The translations under genes were made by a program, and so were the position numbers. Under the pieces are notes generated by a model, which ran no database searches, had not been told where the DNA came from, and saw only the letters and a list, made by a program, of their open reading frames with translations. A DNA stretch of 64,000 nucleotides from Nitrospirota bacterium (lineage in GTDB: Bacteria > Nitrospirota > UBA9217): positions 320,001 through 384,000 of the forward strand of contig OY760142.1 of NCBI GenBank assembly GCA_963663225.1. The letters run 5' to 3'. Below, piece after piece: positions 9,985 to 19,883 of the stretch (within the stretch, counting starts at the first letter, position 1; every line of letters starts with the position of its first letter).

Positions 9985-10001
9985 AGCAACAAGCATGCCC
10001 A
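9985..10001 (-). promoter_or_regulatory. sigma54 promoter of the TPR-kinase-regulator operon
   Basis: Minus strand TGGGCATGCTTGTTGCT = canonical GG-N10-GC. Confidence 0.75.
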
Positions 10002-10005
10002 AACT

Positions 10006-10018
10006 TAACATATTGATA
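10006..10018 (-). promoter_or_regulatory. IHF-like site
   Basis: Minus strand TATCAATATGTTA matches WATCAANNNNTTR and lies between the sigma54 promoter and a putative enhancer. Confidence 0.55.
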
Positions 10019-10055
10019 TATAATGATTTTTTAATAAATTGCGCCGGGAAAATAC

Positions 10056-10069
10056 GTCAGAGAAATGAC
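10056..10069. promoter_or_regulatory. Putative enhancer-binding-protein box (GTCA-N6-TGAC)
   Basis: GTCAGAGAAATGAC, about 60 bp upstream of the sigma54 -24 element; the same motif occurs at 11546 and 35528. Confidence 0.55.
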
Positions 10070-10097
10070 AGGTGGCAGTGATTTGGCGGATATTACG

Positions 10098-11516
10098 CTA
10101 TTTCGTTGATTCTATGCCCATTTTTTTCATTTTTTCAAGTAATGTGGTCCTGTTGAGGCCAAGAAATTGTGCCGCTTTGCTTTTGACCCCTCCTGATTTT
10201 GACAACGCTTTGAGAATCAAGTCTTTTTCCAGATTGCTGACGATTGAGCTGAGATCAACACCGGTTTCGGGAATATCATTGGCCGTCTTTTGTGCTGTGG
10301 CTGAAATAGACGAGACAGGATCAGCGCTCGGCTGCTGCGCCGGCAGGCAGGCGTGAAACTTTTCGGGAAGATCAGAAACCTGAATGGTATCGTTGCGTAC
10401 AAGGATAGTAAGACGCTCTATTAAATTTTCCAGCTCCCGGACATTCCCGGGCCATTGGTATGACAACAGGCAATTCATGGCTTCCTGGGAAAATACAAAC
10501 GGGTTCCGCTTTCGTTTTTTAGCAAACTCGTGGATAAAATGATCAACAAGAAGCGGAATATCTTCAGGCCTGCTCCTGAGGGGTGGAAGATGGAGCGGAA
10601 TTACATTCAGTCGGTAGAACAAGTCCTCTCTGAACTTGCCTTCCTGGGTAATTTTTTCGAGATTTCTATTTGTTGCAGCCAGCACCCGCACATCTACCTT
10701 TACGGTTTTCATGCCTCCGACGCGCTCAAATTCCCGCTCCTGCAGTACCCGCAGGAGCTTTACCTGGAGCGAAGGATCCAGCTCTCCCACTTCGTCGAGA
10801 AAGATCGTCCCATTCTGCGCCAGCTCGAATCTGCCGATCCGAGTGTTGATCGCGCCGGTAAAGGCACCTTTTTCGTGCCCAAACAGTTCTGATTCAAGAA
10901 GATCGCGCGGTATCGCAGCACAGTTCAGCGGCACAAACGGCCCCTGTGAGCGGGAGCTGTTGTAATGGATAGTCTTGGCAATAAGCTCTTTTCCGGTGCC
11001 GCTGTCGCCAAGGATCATGACCGTGCTGTCCGTGTCCGCTATCTGTTCGATCAGCCTGTACACTACCTGCATGCTGGGAGAGTCCCCGACAATACCCTCA
11101 AACTTGTATTTCTTCATAAGCTGCATCTTGAGCATGATGTTTTCCTTCTGCAGCTTTGAGACGTTCAACGCCTTGTTGATGACAATCATGATCTCATCAA
11201 GGTTGAAGGGTTTTGTGACATACTCGAAGGCCCCGAGCTTCATCGCTTCTACTGCGGTCTGTACGGTTCCGAAGGCGGTGATCACGAGAACAGGCGTTTT
11301 GATGTTCAGGGTGGAAATTTTTTTCAGGATTTCGATGCCGTTGATTCCCGGCATGATAAGGTCAGTCAGGATAATATCGAACGAACTGCTTTTGATACAA
11401 TCGATTCCACTCTGCCCGTCTACGGCAAGAGTGACTTCAAAACCTTTGTTTGCCAGAAAAGATTGCAGGACATCGCGGACTGTTTCATCATCGTCAATAA
11501 TAAGGACTCTTTGCAT
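10098..11516 (-). CDS. sigma54-dependent NtrC-family regulator, probable flagellar master regulator (FleQ/FlrA-like role)
   Basis: Intact REC (IIDDD, LTDLIMP, TAF, KP), GDSGTGKE, GAFTGA, WPGNVRELEN and HTH AAQFLGLNRTTLLEKMKK; embedded in the flagellar cluster. Confidence 0.85.
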   Translation of the reverse strand: MQRVLIIDDDETVRDVLQSFLANKGFEVTLAVDGQSGIDCIKSSSFDIILTDLIMPGINGIEILKKISTLNIKTPVLVITAFGTVQTAVEAMKLGAFEYVTKPFNLDEIMIVINKALNVSKLQKENIMLKMQLMKKYKFEGIVGDSPSMQVVYRLIEQIADTDSTVMILGDSGTGKELIAKTIHYNSSRSQGPFVPLNCAAIPRDLLESELFGHEKGAFTGAINTRIGRFELAQNGTIFLDEVGELDPSLQVKLLRVLQEREFERVGGMKTVKVDVRVLAATNRNLEKITQEGKFREDLFYRLNVIPLHLPPLRSRPEDIPLLVDHFIHEFAKKRKRNPFVFSQEAMNCLLSYQWPGNVRELENLIERLTILVRNDTIQVSDLPEKFHACLPAQQPSADPVSSISATAQKTANDIPETGVDLSSIVSNLEKDLILKALSKSGGVKSKAAQFLGLNRTTLLEKMKKMGIESTK

Positions 11517-11522
11517 GAACGT

Positions 11523-11550
11523 ATTATACAGATTATCGGCGATGTGTCAA
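11523..11550 (-). promoter_or_regulatory. sigma70 promoter of the NtrC-family regulator
   Basis: Minus strand TTGACA-N16-TATAAT, perfect hexamers, 6 nt before the ATG at 11516. Confidence 0.75.
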
Positions 11551-11559
11551 TACATTGAC
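11546..11559. promoter_or_regulatory. GTCA-N6-TGAC palindrome overlapping the -35 element
   Basis: GTCAATACATTGAC (inverted repeat GTCAAT/ATTGAC). Confidence 0.55.
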
Positions 11560-11757
11560 GCGAGGTTTTTATATATGCTTGGTACCGCTTGACGCCAGCG
11601 GAAAAAGCAGGAAAAGCTGTTATGCGCGTAAATCGTAAATATGGAAGCTATCGAACAAATTTCCAGTATTTGCTAACAGTTGAATAGGCAAAGGGAAATT
11701 GGTTGCACGCCCTGTTTTCTGCGCACAGACATTCAGTGAGCATGCACTTGCACGCTC

Positions 11758-12252
11758 TTACTCGGCCGCCGCCATTTGAGCGGTAATTCCGAACACCGCA
11801 TCATGCTCTTCCCGGCCAAGGAGTTTGTCCATGTCGAGAATAATGATAAGTCCCTGCTCAAGCCGGGCTATTCCGTAAATAAACTCGGCTTTCACTTCCG
11901 ACGCCACGGGAGGAGCCGGCATGATTACGCTCTGCGGGATTCTGAGCACCTCCGAAACAGCATCTACCAGAATGCCCATGGTGTGCCCCCGGACATTCAT
12001 AATCACGATCTTCGTGTAATCATCGAGTGTTTTTGCTTCGATCCCGAATTTTTTCCGCAAATTCAAGACCGGGATGACTTTCCCTCTGAGATTGATCGCC
12101 CCTTCAACATACGGCGGAGCATGGGGGATCTTTGCGAAATCCTTGATGTTATTGATCTCCTGCACCTTCAGAATGTTCACTCCGTATTTTTCCGCCGCCA
12201 GTTTAAACGTCACGAACTGGAGCATTTCTGAATTGACCGTATCGGTTACCAT
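11758..12252 (-). CDS. cheW: Chemotaxis adaptor CheW
   Basis: FVTFKL..EKYGVNILKVQEI, GAINLRGKVIPV, GILVDAVSEV. Confidence 0.95.
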   Translation of the reverse strand: MVTDTVNSEMLQFVTFKLAAEKYGVNILKVQEINNIKDFAKIPHAPPYVEGAINLRGKVIPVLNLRKKFGIEAKTLDDYTKIVIMNVRGHTMGILVDAVSEVLRIPQSVIMPAPPVASEVKAEFIYGIARLEQGLIIILDMDKLLGREEHDAVFGITAQMAAAE

Positions 12253-12329
12253 AAGACCTCCCTGCGGAACAGCGCGTCAGAACAGCACTGTCCGGTAGTA
12301 TGTTAGGCATCGCAGCGTGCCGATGTTTT

Positions 12330-13940
12330 TTATACTTTAAACCATGTCGTCATTTCGTGAAGCTTCGCCGTCTGCTGGGCAAGCTCATCAGAAGACTGCT
12401 TGATGCTCACCGTCGAAGCTGCAGCTTGCTTCGTAATGGTTGAAATACTCGTCATATTCTGGGTCACCTGCTCTGATGCCGCTGACTGCTGTTCAGTCGC
12501 CGCAGCTATCCGCTGAACCATGTCCATTGACAAGGACGACACTTGAACAATGGAATCGAGCGACATGCTCGCCTCCTTTGCCTGGTCAACCCCTTTAGTC
12601 ACCTCTTCCGCGCCTTTTCGCATCGCCTCCACGGATTCCGTGGCTGCCTTTTGAATGGCGCTTATCCGGTCCGCAATGTCTTGTGTCGCCTGTCCGGTCC
12701 GTTCAGCAAGCTTTCGCACTTCATCGGCGACCACAGCAAAGCCCCGCCCCTGTTCACCTGCCCGCGCAGCTTCAATAGCCGCGTTCAGCGCTAGGAGATT
12801 GGTCTGGTCCGCAATGCCGTTGATGACCGCCACGATCTCGCCGATCTGGGCCGAGCTTTTCCCCAATTCTTCGATTGTTGTCGCGGCACCATTCACCGTT
12901 TCCGATATTGCCTCCATACTGTTTGCCGTGGCATCGATGACCGATTTCCCCTGAACCGCCGTGCCGGACGAATTCTTTGCGGCATCTGCCGCGCTGCTCG
13001 CGTTCTTTGCTACGTCCATGTTCGTTTGGGAAACCTCCGTCATCGCCGTGACAACCTGGTCCGTTTGCGAATTAAGATCCTGTGTGCCCTTATAAAGGTC
13101 GTCCGCCGTTGCTCTCAATTGCTCCGAACTGACGCTCAGCGTACCTGCCGTGGAATTTATCTGAGCAACCATCTCGCGGACACTCTTGATCATATGGTTA
13201 AAGCTTTCGGCTAATTCGCCGATTTCATTCTTTGCTTTTACTTCCACTTGCGCGGTCAAATTGCCTTTTGACAATTCCCCTGCTGCGGCAACCACATGGT
13301 CCAGAGGAGCAAAAAGACGGCGGGTGACCAAATACGTAAGCGCTCCCACACCTGCCAGAATGGCAGCCGCAACAATTATTATAATAGTCATTAATCGGTA
13401 GAAAGGAGCAAAATAGTCACTTTCCCTGATGCCGACAAACAGAGCCCCGATTACTTCCCCCTGATCGTTCTTTATGGGATCATATGCAGTAAAATATTTT
13501 TCTCCAAGAACTACCGCTTCACCCCGGTATGCTTTTTTGTCCTTAAAAATCGCTTCATAGGCAGGTCCCTGGAGTTTCGTTCCTATTGCGCGTCCGCCTT
13601 CGGGCTTCATTACCGTAGTAGAAATCCTCATGTCTCCCATGAAAATCGTTGCCGCATCACCCACCAGTTCTTTGATTTTATCCGGGAGTTCGTAATTTTC
13701 GTTTAATACATACGAGTCCGCAAGAAGCTTTCCATCGACGACCCGAAAATGCGCCCCTTTGTCTTTTAAGAAAGACCAAAATATTTTCAAATGATCGTCT
13801 TGTGTATCTTTAACCTGGTACATCAGCGACTGGTGAAATATCGACAAACATACGGCGGTAATAATACAAAGAGCTGTTCCGACACCAAGCACGCTGAAAA
13901 GAACAAGCTGTGAACGAATTTTCATGTTGTTGATTATCAT
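12330..13940 (-). CDS. Methyl-accepting chemotaxis protein with periplasmic Cache_3-type sensor
   Basis: TM-Cache (ATIFMGD.RISTT...G.RAIGT.L...YFTAYDPI...GALFVG)-TM-HAMP-MA; hairpin [31 protein letters not shown]. Confidence 0.93.
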   Translation of the reverse strand: MIINNMKIRSQLVLFSVLGVGTALCIITAVCLSIFHQSLMYQVKDTQDDHLKIFWSFLKDKGAHFRVVDGKLLADSYVLNENYELPDKIKELVGDAATIFMGDMRISTTVMKPEGGRAIGTKLQGPAYEAIFKDKKAYRGEAVVLGEKYFTAYDPIKNDQGEVIGALFVGIRESDYFAPFYRLMTIIIIVAAAILAGVGALTYLVTRRLFAPLDHVVAAAGELSKGNLTAQVEVKAKNEIGELAESFNHMIKSVREMVAQINSTAGTLSVSSEQLRATADDLYKGTQDLNSQTDQVVTAMTEVSQTNMDVAKNASSAADAAKNSSGTAVQGKSVIDATANSMEAISETVNGAATTIEELGKSSAQIGEIVAVINGIADQTNLLALNAAIEAARAGEQGRGFAVVADEVRKLAERTGQATQDIADRISAIQKAATESVEAMRKGAEEVTKGVDQAKEASMSLDSIVQVSSLSMDMVQRIAAATEQQSAASEQVTQNMTSISTITKQAAASTVSIKQSSDELAQQTAKLHEMTTWFKV

Positions 13941-14020
13941 ATAAAAAAACCCTTTCGTTATCTAAATCGCGCGTTCAAATCGCGCCCTATTGCCGATCAT
14001 ATTGAAGCAATAGTAATCTA

Positions 14021-16102
14021 TTACTTGAACGCTCCCGAAGCTACGATAATGTCTTCGTATCGTTCGTTGTACGCTATTTTGTTTTCCATTTCTTTTGTGG
14101 CAGGGTTAATAGTTTTATATTCCTGCCATCCCTTGCCCGCTGTTCTGGCGATCTCAATGCGGTCGCGGACAATCGGCTTGTTGTCCGGGTCCATAAGGTT
14201 TATCATGTCTTCGCCGACTTTTTCCTTATCGCGGCCATGTGCGAGGCATTTGCCGTTCATGTCGTAGACCACAATGTAGAGGTCTCTGTTTACAAATGCG
14301 CCTGCATGGTCGTTGAACTCGGTAAAGGCCGTATCCCGGCCTTTGGTCTTGATGAAATCAATCGCCTTTTTGACAAGTATCTCCGCCTCTGCGGGGGTTG
14401 CTTTGAAGAACGCAATCTGCTTTCGGAGGTCCACGGTGAGCTTGGCAAGGTCTTCTGCAGCACTTTTTATCTGCTGTGCGTATACGGAAGATTGCTTTGT
14501 GATGCTCGCTATATTTTCCATGTTTTGAGTGACTTCCTCCGATGCCGCCGATTGTTCCTCAGTTGCCGCCGCAATCCGCTGCACCAGGTCCATCGCTCCG
14601 GATGATGCCTGGACAATGGAATCTAGGGATGCGCTTGCATCTTTCGCAAGTCCTACACCGCTTTCCACTTCGCTGCTGCCCAGTTTTACCGCCTCGACTG
14701 CACCAGCCGCCGCTGACTGAATGCCGCTGATTCTGTCTGCAATGTCTTTGGTCGCCTGGCTGGTACGTTCGGCAAGTTTCCGGACTTCATCAGCAACCAC
14801 GGCGAAACCGCGTCCCTGCTCGCCTGCCCGCGCGGCCTCGATGGCCGCATTCAGCGCCAGCAGGTTCGTCTGGTCCGCAATCCCGTTAATAACCGCAACA
14901 ATTTCTCCGATCTGCGCGGAGCTTTTTCCCAACTCTTCAATGGTTGCTGCTGTTTCTTTCACTATCTGTGCAATCCTGACCATGTCTTCCGCAGACTTAT
15001 CAACAGTCAGTTTTCCCTGCGCAGCGGTTTCAGAAGCTTTTTTACTCGCATCTGCCGCGTGAGATGCATTTTTTGCGACATCCATGATGGTTTGCGAAAC
15101 TTCGGTCATGGCCGTTACGACCTGTTCCACCTGCGATGAAAGCTCCTGGGCTCCCTTGCTCAGATCATCGGAGGATTCGGAAAGGTTGAAACTTCTCGAC
15201 GACACGCTGTCCGAGGCGTTTTTAATATCCGTGACCAATTTTTTCAACTTGTCATTCATGGTATGCACTGCTGCATAAATCCCGACTTCCACTTTTCCGT
15301 TCGATTCAAATTGCACGTTCAAATTGCCTTGGGATATTTTTTCCGCTATTTCTGCTATAAAAGACGGCTCTCCGCCTACTTGTTTCAATATTTTTTTCGT
15401 GGTCCTGTTTGTAACGATCAACGCAATAAGGACAAATAAAACCGTAGAGGCAATAAGCAAATAGATCCCGTTCAAAAAACTGTTCTTAAATTGTTCTTCC
15501 TGTTTTTTTACGATCGCTTCAATATCATCTACATAATTGCCGGTCACGACGACCCAATTAAAAGGCTTAAACTGGAGTGCATAACTTCTCTTAGGAAGGG
15601 GAACCGTGCCTCCGTCCTTCGGATACCAATAGGTGCTGAATCCGCCCTCCGGGTTCGCTCCTTCCTTGAGAAAATCACGTACCATATAATTGCCCTTTTT
15701 ATCCTGAGTATCATACCGATTGGTACCTACGTTGCTGGTATTCGGGTGGGCAACACTGATGCCTTCCATCGTATACGCGATAACATAACCGTCCTTTCCG
15801 AACTTAAGTGACATCAAAATGCCAGCACCTGTTTTTTTAGCCTGGTCCAGCGTTAGCTCCCCTCTTTGTTGTCTCTCATGAATGCCCTGGAGCATCGAGA
15901 CAGCCGTCTGGACTTCGCTTTTTGCCAGTGAGTCGAAATCCGCATATAAAGCTTTTCGATACTCTTCTGTAGCTTGTGTGTATATTCTGTAGCTTTGCGT
16001 CAATGCAATTAAACTCACGACCATAGCGACGGACACACAACCGCCTACAAAGAGGAATGATATTTTGTTGCCGAAACTGTTCAGTTTAGATAGCATTTTC
16101 AT
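14021..16102 (-). CDS. MCP with periplasmic sCache_2 and a second, C-terminal sCache_2 domain
   Basis: TM, sCache_2 (DGYV...AHPN...YWYPK...PKRSY...WVVVTG.Y.DDI), TM, GGEP HAMP-like region, MA domain, then about 126 extra aa (DLYIVVYD...CLAHG...GKGWQEY...NP.TK..E.KIAY). Confidence 0.9.
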   Translation of the reverse strand: MKMLSKLNSFGNKISFLFVGGCVSVAMVVSLIALTQSYRIYTQATEEYRKALYADFDSLAKSEVQTAVSMLQGIHERQQRGELTLDQAKKTGAGILMSLKFGKDGYVIAYTMEGISVAHPNTSNVGTNRYDTQDKKGNYMVRDFLKEGANPEGGFSTYWYPKDGGTVPLPKRSYALQFKPFNWVVVTGNYVDDIEAIVKKQEEQFKNSFLNGIYLLIASTVLFVLIALIVTNRTTKKILKQVGGEPSFIAEIAEKISQGNLNVQFESNGKVEVGIYAAVHTMNDKLKKLVTDIKNASDSVSSRSFNLSESSDDLSKGAQELSSQVEQVVTAMTEVSQTIMDVAKNASHAADASKKASETAAQGKLTVDKSAEDMVRIAQIVKETAATIEELGKSSAQIGEIVAVINGIADQTNLLALNAAIEAARAGEQGRGFAVVADEVRKLAERTSQATKDIADRISGIQSAAAGAVEAVKLGSSEVESGVGLAKDASASLDSIVQASSGAMDLVQRIAAATEEQSAASEEVTQNMENIASITKQSSVYAQQIKSAAEDLAKLTVDLRKQIAFFKATPAEAEILVKKAIDFIKTKGRDTAFTEFNDHAGAFVNRDLYIVVYDMNGKCLAHGRDKEKVGEDMINLMDPDNKPIVRDRIEIARTAGKGWQEYKTINPATKEMENKIAYNERYEDIIVASGAFK

Positions 16103-16241
16103 GGTTTTTGCTTTCTATTGCAGTCACTGTCACCTGCAAACTATCCGCGATTTCTTCGCAGAAAAACTGTCTCATGGACAAATCGGTTTTTTTATAAAAA
16201 TCCACCGGCTCCGCCTTTCTGCTGCAAACAGTGCATATACC

Positions 16242-18242
16242 TTATTTATAAACTCCCGACCCTACAATAATATCTTCGTAGCGTTCAACATAGGCTGTTT
16301 TGTCTTCGATCTGTTTGGTAATCGGGTTCGAGAATTTATAGTTTTGCCATCCTTTGCCCCGTGTTTTGGCAATCTCCACCCGTTCTTGTACAAAAGGTTT
16401 ACCGTCCGCATCCAGGAGAGCCATCCAGTCTTTCCCGATCCTGTCCGGATTCTGGCCGTGGGCAAGGCATTTTCCGTTCAAATCGTAGACATCAACATAC
16501 AGATCACGATTTGTGAATTTACCTTTCAGCTTGCTGAATTCTTCATACGCTTTTTCCTTGCCGTTCATTTTAAGAAATTCAATCGCTTTCTTGACCAGCG
16601 TCTCGGCTTCCACGGTTGTCCCCTTGAAAAAAGCCACCATTTCCGCCAATCCGGCGGAAAGCTTTGCAAGTTCTTCCGCTGAAATTTTAATCTGATCTGA
16701 TGAATTTGCCGCACGCTTCGTAATGCTCGATATGTTTTCCATATTCTGGGTGACCTGTTCCGAGGCCGCGGATTGTTCTTCCGTTGCCGCCGCAATCCGC
16801 TGCACCATGTCCATGGCATTTGTCGATGCCGTCACAATGGTATCAAGAGACGAACTTGCCTGTTTCGCAAGCTCCACGCCTTTGTCTACTTCATCGCTTC
16901 CGCGTTTCATAGCATCAACGGATTCTCCGGCGGCTGTCTGAATTGCCGCGATGCGCTGGGTAATGTCCTGCGTTGCCTGGCCTGTCCGTTCTGCAAGCTT
17001 CCTGACTTCATCCGCCACCACGGCAAAACCGCGTCCCTGTTCACCTGCGCGGGCGGCCTCGATGGCGGCATTCAGCGCCAGCAGGTTCGTCTGATCTGCA
17101 ATACCGTTAATAACCGCAACAATTTCGCCAATCTGCGCCGAACTTTTTCCGAGTTCTTCAATGGTACCCGCTGCTTCCTGTACTGTTTGCGCGATTCTGA
17201 CCATATCGCTTGCCGTGGTATCCACAATCTGTTTGCCCTGCGTGGCGGTATCTGAGGAATTCTTTCCCGCTTCTGCCGCACTGGATGCGTTTTTGGCAAC
17301 GTCCATGATGGTTTGGGAAACCTCCGTCATGGCCGTTACAATCTGTTCTACCTGTGACGAAAGTTCCTGCGATCCTTTGCTCAATTCATCGGAAGTTAAC
17401 GAAAGATTGTTGCTCCCAAAACTTACACTGTCTGCTGTATTCTTTACGTCTGCAACCACGACCCTCAATTTTTCTATCATGATTTGCATGGAGGAGACCA
17501 GTTGACCGATCTCGTCATTACTCGATGCTTTCATATCCGTGTTTAGATTGCCGTGTGCGAGGCCCTCGGCAACGACAACGGCCTGTTTAAGCGGATTAAC
17601 AATCCCACGGCCCAGGTAGGCAGCGATAAAGAAAGCAAGGACCAGAGCGCCGACAGTCAGGACAAACATGAGGACAAGGGTGTTCTTATACATTGCCACA
17701 GATACGGTGTACCGATATTCAGTGCGTTTTGCCTGGTGATTTGCCAGAGCATCTACTGCGCTTATCCAATTACCGGCAGCCGGACCAGCCTCCCTGTCGA
17801 GAACAGCGAGGGCCGCTTCGGTTTTATTCGCCAGTGCAAGTTCAATGACTCTGTTATTAAGTGGACGGATCGTCGTCGTTGCTGTTTTTACCTTTTCCAC
17901 CAATGCGAGGCCTTCCGCGTCATCTTTCTGCACCATCGATTGAAGTTTGTTGAACGCCGCATCGTATCGTTCCCGCTCTTTCTGAATTTTTTTCATCAAG
18001 CCTTGTTTTTTTTCGGCGCCTTTTTCCAAAAGCATGCTCTGCAAGGATATAATTACTTCACGTACAGAGTCAGACATATCATTTGCCATCTGCATCCGAA
18101 CATTGTTTACCGTAACAATTCTCTCAAGATTGTCCTGTATTCGCCCGATGTTATAAATACCAAGAAGCGTCATTGATGTTGTAAGAACCAGAACCAATCC
18201 GAATCCTACAGCCAACCGGGGCCCAATCTTCATATTTTTCAT
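16242..18242 (-). CDS. MCP with periplasmic four-helix-bundle sensor and C-terminal sCache_2 domain
   Basis: [14 protein letters not shown], helical 4HB-like periplasmic region, TM, HAMP (DEIGQL), MA domain, then about 126 aa Cache-like tail homologous to that of 14021-16102. Confidence 0.9.
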   Translation of the reverse strand: MKNMKIGPRLAVGFGLVLVLTTSMTLLGIYNIGRIQDNLERIVTVNNVRMQMANDMSDSVREVIISLQSMLLEKGAEKKQGLMKKIQKERERYDAAFNKLQSMVQKDDAEGLALVEKVKTATTTIRPLNNRVIELALANKTEAALAVLDREAGPAAGNWISAVDALANHQAKRTEYRYTVSVAMYKNTLVLMFVLTVGALVLAFFIAAYLGRGIVNPLKQAVVVAEGLAHGNLNTDMKASSNDEIGQLVSSMQIMIEKLRVVVADVKNTADSVSFGSNNLSLTSDELSKGSQELSSQVEQIVTAMTEVSQTIMDVAKNASSAAEAGKNSSDTATQGKQIVDTTASDMVRIAQTVQEAAGTIEELGKSSAQIGEIVAVINGIADQTNLLALNAAIEAARAGEQGRGFAVVADEVRKLAERTGQATQDITQRIAAIQTAAGESVDAMKRGSDEVDKGVELAKQASSSLDTIVTASTNAMDMVQRIAAATEEQSAASEQVTQNMENISSITKRAANSSDQIKISAEELAKLSAGLAEMVAFFKGTTVEAETLVKKAIEFLKMNGKEKAYEEFSKLKGKFTNRDLYVDVYDLNGKCLAHGQNPDRIGKDWMALLDADGKPFVQERVEIAKTRGKGWQNYKFSNPITKQIEDKTAYVERYEDIIVGSGVYK

Positions 18243-18323
18243 TACCCAACGCCTCCAGAAAATTTCAGTGTTTACCGCATGAATAAGAAAAATTTTTTGT
18301 AATCATCTGCGTTTGCTTCAGTC

Positions 18324-19379
18324 CTATACGGCGTTGATGATTTCTCCTGCCATTTCTTCAATGGGGAGCACCTTATCCGCAATCCCCGCTTCCACCACAG
18401 CGCGGGGCATGCCGTAGACTACGCACGTTTCTTCATTCTGTGCGAAAATGCGCGATCCCGTCTGCTTCATAGAAGTCATGCCCTTTACCCCGTCATTACC
18501 CATTCCGGTCAGAATCACGCCAAGCGCCCTGCCGGGATAAAATTCAGCCATGGATTGCATCAAGTAATCAACGGATGGACGGTAAATGAACTCTTCCTTG
18601 TTTTCCGTTATATTCACCACCGTTTCAATGCCCCGCAGACGGTTTACCCGCATATGCCCTCTGCCGGGCGCCACAAGTGCGATGCCCGCTTTCAGCTGCT
18701 CGCCTTCCTCCGCTTCCTTCACGGTAATCTGGCTCAGTTCATTCAGACGCTCCGCAAAAGGTCCGGTAAAGTTGGCCGGCATATGCTGTACGATGATAAT
18801 AGGAACGGGAAAATCCTTCGGCAGGTGCGGAATGATCTCCTGGACTGCACGCGGGCCGCCTGTGGAGGTGCCGATCGCCACGACATTGACCCGCCGCACG
18901 CCGGTCGACAAGGCCGGCACAATCCGGGGCGCGCGGCTTGCGTCAGGAGCACGCTCGACTTTTTTGAGCTTTCGGACCACTCCGCTGCGCGTAATATGCT
19001 TCACCTTGTCGATGAGCATTTCCTTGATTTTGACGATGTTGATGGAGAGCTCTGAAAGGTTCTTGGGAATAAAATCAACCGCACCGTAGTCAAGAGCATC
19101 CAGGGTCACCTGGGCACCTTCAGCGGTAAGTGAACTTACCATGATCACCGGCACGGGGTTCTTTTCCATGATGAGCCGCAGCGCTTCAATCCCGTCCATT
19201 TTCGGCATTTCAACATCCATGGTGACCACGTCGGGTTTGAGAAGAGCGACCTTCTCCACGGCTTCGACGCCGTCCCGTGCTGTCCCGACGACCTTGATCT
19301 CCGGGTCCGATGAAAGCATATTTGTGAGTGCATTTCTCATGAATGCCGAATCATCGGCAATAAGGACTTTTATCGTCAT
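18324..19379 (-). CDS. cheB: Chemotaxis methylesterase CheB
   Basis: REC plus GTSTGG, VQHMP, RPSVD, LTGMGNDG. Confidence 0.97.
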   Translation of the reverse strand: MTIKVLIADDSAFMRNALTNMLSSDPEIKVVGTARDGVEAVEKVALLKPDVVTMDVEMPKMDGIEALRLIMEKNPVPVIMVSSLTAEGAQVTLDALDYGAVDFIPKNLSELSINIVKIKEMLIDKVKHITRSGVVRKLKKVERAPDASRAPRIVPALSTGVRRVNVVAIGTSTGGPRAVQEIIPHLPKDFPVPIIIVQHMPANFTGPFAERLNELSQITVKEAEEGEQLKAGIALVAPGRGHMRVNRLRGIETVVNITENKEEFIYRPSVDYLMQSMAEFYPGRALGVILTGMGNDGVKGMTSMKQTGSRIFAQNEETCVVYGMPRAVVEAGIADKVLPIEEMAGEIINAV

Positions 19380-19419
19380 GGTGAGCACCGTTCTTTCCGT
19401 GCCGTCAAATACATGCTGT

Positions 19420-19827
19420 CTACACGACCCCTTTGCTGTTTAAATGAGAGGAATATTTTTTGTCAGTGTTCTGGATGTGGTTTGCAAGCCAATCTTTGAG
19501 AAAGTTCATTATTTCAACCGTCACGATGGTCTGACCGTCCTGGAACTTTTTCATGACATCTGAAACCTGGCGGGTCAGAGCGTCGTGGTTTGCTTTATGG
19601 GCAAGGTACCCCGGATACAGATGTTTTTGCATCAACCCCTCTTCTGCCGCGAAATGGGTTTTTGTGTACTCAATCAGACCGGCAAGCACGCTTCCCATGA
19701 CCTCTTTGCCTTTTCCCGCCCCCATGGCAGAGTGCAAGTCATTCACTATATTGAACAGTTTCTTGTGTTGTTCATCGATTTCTTTGATATTGACGCTGAG
19801 GCTGTTGTCCCAGACCATAAAAGCCAT
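19420..19827 (-). CDS. Bacteriohemerythrin
   Basis: All iron-ligand motifs present: IDEQHKKL, HFAAEE, HKANH, WLANHIQNTD. Confidence 0.93.
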   Translation of the reverse strand: MAFMVWDNSLSVNIKEIDEQHKKLFNIVNDLHSAMGAGKGKEVMGSVLAGLIEYTKTHFAAEEGLMQKHLYPGYLAHKANHDALTRQVSDVMKKFQDGQTIVTVEIMNFLKDWLANHIQNTDKKYSSHLNSKGVV

Positions 19828-19883
19828 GTCCGCATCCTCCTTGAAAAAATGACCGGACCAACACAGAACTCCGGTCAGTCGAT

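Noticed and set aside
13964-13985. AAATCGCGC direct repeat and nearby GCCGATCA between MCP genes
   Set aside because: Only two copies, and the sigma28-like -10 is antisense with wrong spacing.
12700-17150. Repeated nucleotide blocks in the three MCP genes
   Set aside because: Explained by the conserved signalling hairpin; many synonymous differences, so neither a mobile repeat nor a recent duplication.
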